From: Gemmatimonadales bacterium
GTDB taxonomy: Bacteria; Gemmatimonadota; Gemmatimonadetes; Gemmatimonadales; GWC2-71-9
Direction: 5' to 3'
NCBI GenBank assembly: GCA_033853695.1
Contig: JAWOLH010000026.1
Location: forward strand, 20,299-84,298
Length of the DNA: 64,000 nt
Numbering within the stretch: the stretch's first letter is position 1; the number at the start of each line of letters is the position of its first letter. The notes below the pieces were generated by a model. That model saw only the letters and a program-made list of their open reading frames with translations. It was not told where the DNA came from and made no database searches. Below are positions 59,593 through 64,000 of this stretch, piece by piece. The position numbers were made by a program, and so were the translations under genes.

Positions 59593-60807
59593 TCAGTAGA
59601 GCAAGTACTTGGCGCGACTCCGCCGGAACTGTGCGAGCCCCTCGGACCAGCCGGTCCAGATGTCGGATGCCGAGCGGCCGCTCTCGATTGCCTGCCGCAG
59701 ACCAGGCCCGGCCGCGAGGACATCGAACCATTCGGAGCGAATCCGAAAGCTGTCGGGATGGACCGCGCGCAGCGCCACGAGCAACGCCACGGCGAGCCGG
59801 GTGGGGTCATAGCGGGAGCGATCGGTGACGTGCAGGTGAATGCCGTGTACCTCGATGCCATCGAACTTCCCGTCGGCCGGGAGGTGCGGCGTGAAGTCGG
59901 TCGCGGTGACCTCCACACCCTCGAGCGCCGCTCGCGGGACGGCGGCGAGGAGACGGCCCGCATCGAGCCACGGTGCCCCAAGCAGTTGAAACGCCTCCCT
60001 CGTCCCCCGTCCGACGGAAAGGTTCGTCCCCTCGAACAGACACGTCCCCGGATAATGAAACGCGCTCTCGAGAGTCGGCATGTTGGGGGACGGTCTCACC
60101 CACGGCAGACCGGTCGAATCGTAGCTCGCGCCCCGGTGCCACCCGGCCGCGGGAACCACGATCAGGTCGGCGTGCAACTCCAGCGCATCATTCGCCAGCC
60201 GCAACAGCTCACCTAGCGTCATGCCGTGCCGCATCGGCACCGGGAGAAACCCGACAGCGTTCCGCATCGGGTCACCGATCGTGGCCCGGACGTTGCCCTG
60301 CAGCATTTCACCCCCGATGGGATCGGGACGATCGAGCACCACGACCTGTTTGCCCCGCGCCGCCGCCCCGCCGATGAGCATCGTGGCGGTGGCCGGATAG
60401 GTGTAGTAGCGCGCGCCGATGTCCTGCAGGTCGATCAGCAGCACGTCGATCGAGTCGAGCGCCGCCTGCGCCGCACTGCGCGAGCCACCGAACAGGCTGT
60501 AGATTGGGAGGCGCGTGGCGGAATCGATCGCGTCGGGCAGGCCGGGCCGGTCCTCCGACCCGCGAAACCCGTGCTCGGGACTGAACAGCGCTACCAGGCG
60601 CAACCCAGCCGCCAGGAGTCGATCGACGTCGCGCCGTCCCGCGACGTCCACGCCGGTCTGGTTGGTCAGAAGGCCGAGGCGTTTGCCACGCACCAGATGC
60701 ACTGAATCGGCGAGCAACACCTCGATCCCCGGGCGCACCGTCCCGGTCGCCACGGGCTGGCCGCCACAGGTGAGCACACTCAAGAGCCAGAGGCCATGCG
60801 CGCGCAT
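59593..60807 (-). CDS. namZ: DUF1343 family exo-beta-N-acetylmuramidase (NamZ/YbbC-like), probable lipoprotein
   Basis: GLLTNQTGVD......D.L.....L.ALFSPEHGFRG......D..T.LPIYSL.G........L...DVLLIDLQDIG.R.YTY is the characteristic DUF1343 N-terminal half. ATG 60807. The track ORF (664 aa) is an upstream extension. Confidence 0.8.
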   Translation of the reverse strand: MRAHGLWLLSVLTCGGQPVATGTVRPGIEVLLADSVHLVRGKRLGLLTNQTGVDVAGRRDVDRLLAAGLRLVALFSPEHGFRGSEDRPGLPDAIDSATRLPIYSLFGGSRSAAQAALDSIDVLLIDLQDIGARYYTYPATATMLIGGAAARGKQVVVLDRPDPIGGEMLQGNVRATIGDPMRNAVGFLPVPMRHGMTLGELLRLANDALELHADLIVVPAAGWHRGASYDSTGLPWVRPSPNMPTLESAFHYPGTCLFEGTNLSVGRGTREAFQLLGAPWLDAGRLLAAVPRAALEGVEVTATDFTPHLPADGKFDGIEVHGIHLHVTDRSRYDPTRLAVALLVALRAVHPDSFRIRSEWFDVLAAGPGLRQAIESGRSASDIWTGWSEGLAQFRRSRAKYLLY

Positions 60808-62556
60808 TGTCTGACCGTCCTCCTGTTGGCCGCCGCGTGCCGGACCGGCGGTGGAGCCGGAGCCGCTGCGCCGGCGCCGACCGTGCCGGTCGCCACGCCG
60901 GTGACGGCGGTGGATTCGATCCTCGTAAATCTGAGCGTCCGCCAGCGTGTCGGACAACTCATCGTTCCGTGGCTGTCCGGCGCCTACGCCGCCGCCGACG
61001 ACTCCGTGTTCCTCGAAGTGGAGCGGTGGGTCGACTCGCTGCAGGTCGGCGGCATCATCATCTCGGTCGGTGGTCCGTTCGCCATCGCGGCGAAGCTCAA
61101 TGCCCTGCAGCTGCGCTCGAAGCTGCCGCTCCTCGTGTCGGCTGACCTCGAGTGGGGCGCCGCGATGCGCGTCGTCGGCGCGACCGCGTTCCCGCAGATC
61201 ATGGCCGTCGGCGCTACGGGCGACTCGAACGACGCCTACACGATCGGCGCAGCCGGCGCACTCGAAGGGCGTGCGGTCGGGATCCACGTGAATTTCGCTC
61301 CCGACGCCGATCTCAACAACAATCCGATGAACCCGATCATCAATACGCGCTCCTTCGGCGAGGACCCGCGGGCCGTGAGCGCGCTGGTGCGGGCGTACGT
61401 GCGGGGCGTGCACGACGGGGGGATGCTCGCCACGCTGAAGCATTTCCCCGGCCACGGCGATACGGAGACCGATTCGCACATCGGGTTGCCAGTCATCACG
61501 GCGGGCTACGCCCGGCTCGATACGCTGGAGCTCGTTCCGTTCCGCGCCGGCATAGGCGCCGGAGCCGACGTCGTGATGAGTGCGCACATCGCGTTTCCCG
61601 CGCTGACCGGCTCGAGCGAGCCCGGCACGCTGTCGGCCGCCGTCCTAACGGGCCTGCTCCGGGATTCTCTGCACTTCGACGGGCTCGTCGTCACCGACGC
61701 GCTGCAGATGGGGGCCATCGTCAGCAAGTACGGAGCGGGCGAGGCGACGGTGCGTGCGTTTGTCGCCGGGTCCGACGTCCTGCTGATGCCCGCCAGCCCC
61801 GACTCGGCGCTCGATGCGATGACCGTGGCGGTCGAATCGGGACGGATCACCCACGATCGGCTGGACGCGTCGGTGCGGCGCGTCCTCGCGATCAAGCAGC
61901 ACCTCGGCCTGTTCGATCACCGCACGGTTCCGCTCGATCGCATCATGCAGACCGTCGGTACGCGACGCTGGCAGAACGCGGCTGACGACATTGCCGTCCG
62001 CTCGCTCACGCTGGTGCGCGACGCCGCAGGAGCGTTGCACCAGCTGCGCGCGCACCGGACCCGTCTCGCTGTCATCGCCTACGCCGACGAGGGAACGACG
62101 TCCGTGGCGCTGCACTTTGCCGACCTCCTGCGTGTGAACGGCGACACCGTCGACTACTTCCGCCTGTGGCCGATGTCGGGCCCGGCGTCGTACGACTCGG
62201 CGCGCACCGTGTTGGCCCGCAACCCCGTCGCGCTGTTCGCCGCCAACGTGAAGCCGATCTCCGCGAGAGGGAACATCGCCCTCCCCGACTCGCTCGCCGC
62301 ATTGATCACCGCCACGGACGCCGCCCGGCCCACCGTCGTGGTGTCGTTTGGCAGCCCCTATCTGCTCGACCAGACACCCTCCGTGCGGACGTACCTCATC
62401 GCGTGGAGCGGCGTGCGGTCCTCCGAGCGCGCCGTTGCGCGGGCGGTGCTCGGACTCTCGCCGATCGGGGGACATCTCCCGATCCGGCTCCCGCCCGCCT
62501 ACCACATCGGATGGGGAGTGATGGTGCCGGACTCGGTCGTCGCGGGGAATCCATGA
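60796..62556 (+). CDS. nagZ: Glycoside hydrolase family 3 beta-N-acetylglucosaminidase (NagZ/YbbD-like), probable lipoprotein
   Basis: Lipobox LLLAAAC. GH3 motifs SADLEWG, N.INTRSFGEDP and KHFPGHGDTETDSH. 586 aa with an extra C-terminal domain. Confidence 0.85.
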   Translation: MRAHCLTVLLLAAACRTGGGAGAAAPAPTVPVATPVTAVDSILVNLSVRQRVGQLIVPWLSGAYAAADDSVFLEVERWVDSLQVGGIIISVGGPFAIAAKLNALQLRSKLPLLVSADLEWGAAMRVVGATAFPQIMAVGATGDSNDAYTIGAAGALEGRAVGIHVNFAPDADLNNNPMNPIINTRSFGEDPRAVSALVRAYVRGVHDGGMLATLKHFPGHGDTETDSHIGLPVITAGYARLDTLELVPFRAGIGAGADVVMSAHIAFPALTGSSEPGTLSAAVLTGLLRDSLHFDGLVVTDALQMGAIVSKYGAGEATVRAFVAGSDVLLMPASPDSALDAMTVAVESGRITHDRLDASVRRVLAIKQHLGLFDHRTVPLDRIMQTVGTRRWQNAADDIAVRSLTLVRDAAGALHQLRAHRTRLAVIAYADEGTTSVALHFADLLRVNGDTVDYFRLWPMSGPASYDSARTVLARNPVALFAANVKPISARGNIALPDSLAALITATDAARPTVVVSFGSPYLLDQTPSVRTYLIAWSGVRSSERAVARAVLGLSPIGGHLPIRLPPAYHIGWGVMVPDSVVAGNP

Positions 62557-63779
62557 AGCGACGCCACGACGGTACGACGCTATGGTGTACGATCGGCGTG
62601 GTGCTGAGCACGGCGTGCCACACCGGCGCGCCAGCGCCGGCGAACCGCGACATCCCTGCGGCGCTCCCGGAGTCGCTCGGGTTCGACGCGCCCCGCCTCG
62701 ACCGCGTGAGGGAATACGTGGCATCGCAGGTGGACAGCGCGTATCCGGGCGCGGTGGTGGCGGTCGGCCGCCACGGCCGCCTCGCGCTCCTCGCGGCGGT
62801 TGGACACTATGGTGCGAACGACTTGCGACCCGTCGAGCCGGAGACGGAGTACGACCTCGCCTCCCTCACCAAGGTGATCGGGTTGACGACGGCGTGCATG
62901 ATCCTCGTGCAGGAGGGGAAGCTGGACCTTGACGCTCCGGTGCAGCGTTACGTCCCCGAGTTTCGCGGAGCGGAGAAGGACCGGGTCACGATCCGCCTGC
63001 TGCTCACCCATTCCGCGGGCATGCACTGGTGGCGACCGCTGTTCCGCGAGGCGACCGACCGGAGCAGCGCCATCGCGCTCGTCGACACGACGCCGCTCGA
63101 CACGACGCCCGGCACGCACTTCGTCTACTCCGACCTCGGCGCGATCCTCCTCATGCAGGTCGTGGAGCGCATCACGGGCGAACGACTCGATCACTACCTC
63201 GCCCGGCGCGTGTTCGAGCCGCTGGACATGACGGCCACGAGGTACCTCCCGCCCGAAACATGGAAGAGCAGGATCGCGCCGACGGAAATCGACACCGTTT
63301 TCCGACACCGCCTGATCCGGGGCGAGGTACACGACGAAAACGCGGGGCGCATGGGGGGAGTGTCGGGGCATGCGGGACTGTTCAGCAACGCACCCGACCT
63401 GGCGCGGTTCGCGACCTGGCTTATGGCCGTGCGCGCCGGCCGGGTGTCACCGAGCCCTGGGCCCGGAGTTCACCCACCCGCGCTGACATCCGAGATCGTG
63501 ACGGCGTTCACGACGCGCCAGAACATTCCGCCCGGATCGACGCGTGCCCTGGGCTGGGACACGCCCTCGGACTCGGGCTACTCGAGCGCGGGGACGAAAC
63601 TCTCACGTCGCGCTTTTGGACACACCGGCTTCACCGGCACATCGATATGGATGGATCCGGACAACGACCTGTTTGTGATCCTTCTGACCAACCGGGTGAA
63701 TCCGACACGCGCGAACACGAAGATCCTGCAGGTGCGGGCGACGGTGGCGGATCTGGTAGCGGAGGCGCTGACCAATTAG
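62553..63779 (+). CDS. Beta-lactamase-fold serine hydrolase (class C/AmpC-like; AmiE/YbbE-like candidate)
   Basis: ATGA overlap with the nagZ stop. SxxK (ASLTKV), YSDLG and GHTGFTGTSIWMDP motifs. Its context next to nagZ and namZ parallels B. subtilis amiE-nagZ-namZ. Confidence 0.75.
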   Translation: MKRRHDGTTLWCTIGVVLSTACHTGAPAPANRDIPAALPESLGFDAPRLDRVREYVASQVDSAYPGAVVAVGRHGRLALLAAVGHYGANDLRPVEPETEYDLASLTKVIGLTTACMILVQEGKLDLDAPVQRYVPEFRGAEKDRVTIRLLLTHSAGMHWWRPLFREATDRSSAIALVDTTPLDTTPGTHFVYSDLGAILLMQVVERITGERLDHYLARRVFEPLDMTATRYLPPETWKSRIAPTEIDTVFRHRLIRGEVHDENAGRMGGVSGHAGLFSNAPDLARFATWLMAVRAGRVSPSPGPGVHPPALTSEIVTAFTTRQNIPPGSTRALGWDTPSDSGYSSAGTKLSRRAFGHTGFTGTSIWMDPDNDLFVILLTNRVNPTRANTKILQVRATVADLVAEALTN

Positions 63780-63803
63780 CTTATGGCTCAAGGAGGAGTA
63801 ACC

Positions 63804-64000
63804 GTGACGACGACTCACAAACCGGAATCCATCACCCTGACGTTGTCGGAGCGCGCCGCCGCCGAGGTCCAGAAGTTCATGGCCGAGGAGCAGGTCGATC
63901 CCGCAACCGCAGGGTTGCGCGTGGGGGTGCAGCCCGGCGGGTGTTCGGGATTCAAGTACATGCTCAATATCGAAGAGAAGCCAGAAGCGGACGACATCGT
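63804..64000 (+). CDS. HesB/IscA/ErpA-family iron-sulfur cluster insertion protein (5' part, truncated by the window end)
   Basis: AGGAGG SD then GTG 63804. (M)TTTHKPESITLTLSERAAAEVQKFMAEEQVDPATAGLRVGVQPGGCSGFKYMLNIEEKPEADDIV matches the G.R..V..GGCSGF.Y motif. Confidence 0.8.
   Translation, partial: MTTTHKPESITLTLSERAAAEVQKFMAEEQVDPATAGLRVGVQPGGCSGFKYMLNIEEKPEADDI

Overview
This is a very GC-rich, densely packed bacterial chromosomal core region. I found no mobile elements, no CRISPR array and no rRNA. About 70 protein genes and one tRNA-Leu(CAG) are supported. All but six genes (rpmB, tRNA-Leu, copZ, nagZ, an amiE-like gene and a partial iscA/erpA) lie on the minus strand, and many junctions are 4-nt start/stop overlaps (ATGA or GTGA).

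Content from left to right:
- galE-like epimerase, LysM protein, ssb, rimI-tsaB-tsaE, uvrB, rel/spoT, radC, secA, nadD, bamD and TPR proteins.
- A large block of nucleotide-sugar precursor genes: UDP-GlcA epimerase-like, uxs, ugd, wbpA/B/E/D-like, rmd and gmd, with murB and carB embedded in it.
- The alpha ribosomal operon (rpmJ-rpsM-rpsK-rpsD-rpoA-rplQ) and rpmB.
- pyrF and pyrD, a TPR lipoprotein, an amidase, smpB, moeZ and aspA.
- A tightly coupled redox operon, then a 2-oxoacid dehydrogenase E1alpha/E1beta/E2 operon.
- A copper cluster (copZ, copA, cupredoxin), the H+-pyrophosphatase, and an inositol-lipid pair (MIPS plus a CDP-alcohol phosphatidyltransferase).
- A peptidoglycan-recycling trio (namZ, nagZ, amiE-like).

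The most interesting signal is a Bcp/PrxQ-type peroxiredoxin gene with an in-frame TGA exactly at the peroxidatic Cys codon and intact conserved sequence on both sides. This makes it a candidate selenocysteine peroxiredoxin that the ORF track splits. It heads a nine-gene coupled operon that also contains thioredoxin reductase and several uncharacterised proteins.

Other oddities:
- Two divergent lipoprotein genes have start codons overlapping in the 12-bp palindrome ATGCGCGCGCAT.
- pyrD appears to start at CTG.
- An unlisted 36-aa Cys-rich ORF sits between two genes of the redox operon.
- ssb has a perfect consensus promoter with an embedded palindrome.

Everything here comes from reading the sequence and from remembered family motifs. 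No database search was run. The organism is not identified; a high-GC diderm is likely, and Gemmatimonadota-like is only a guess.
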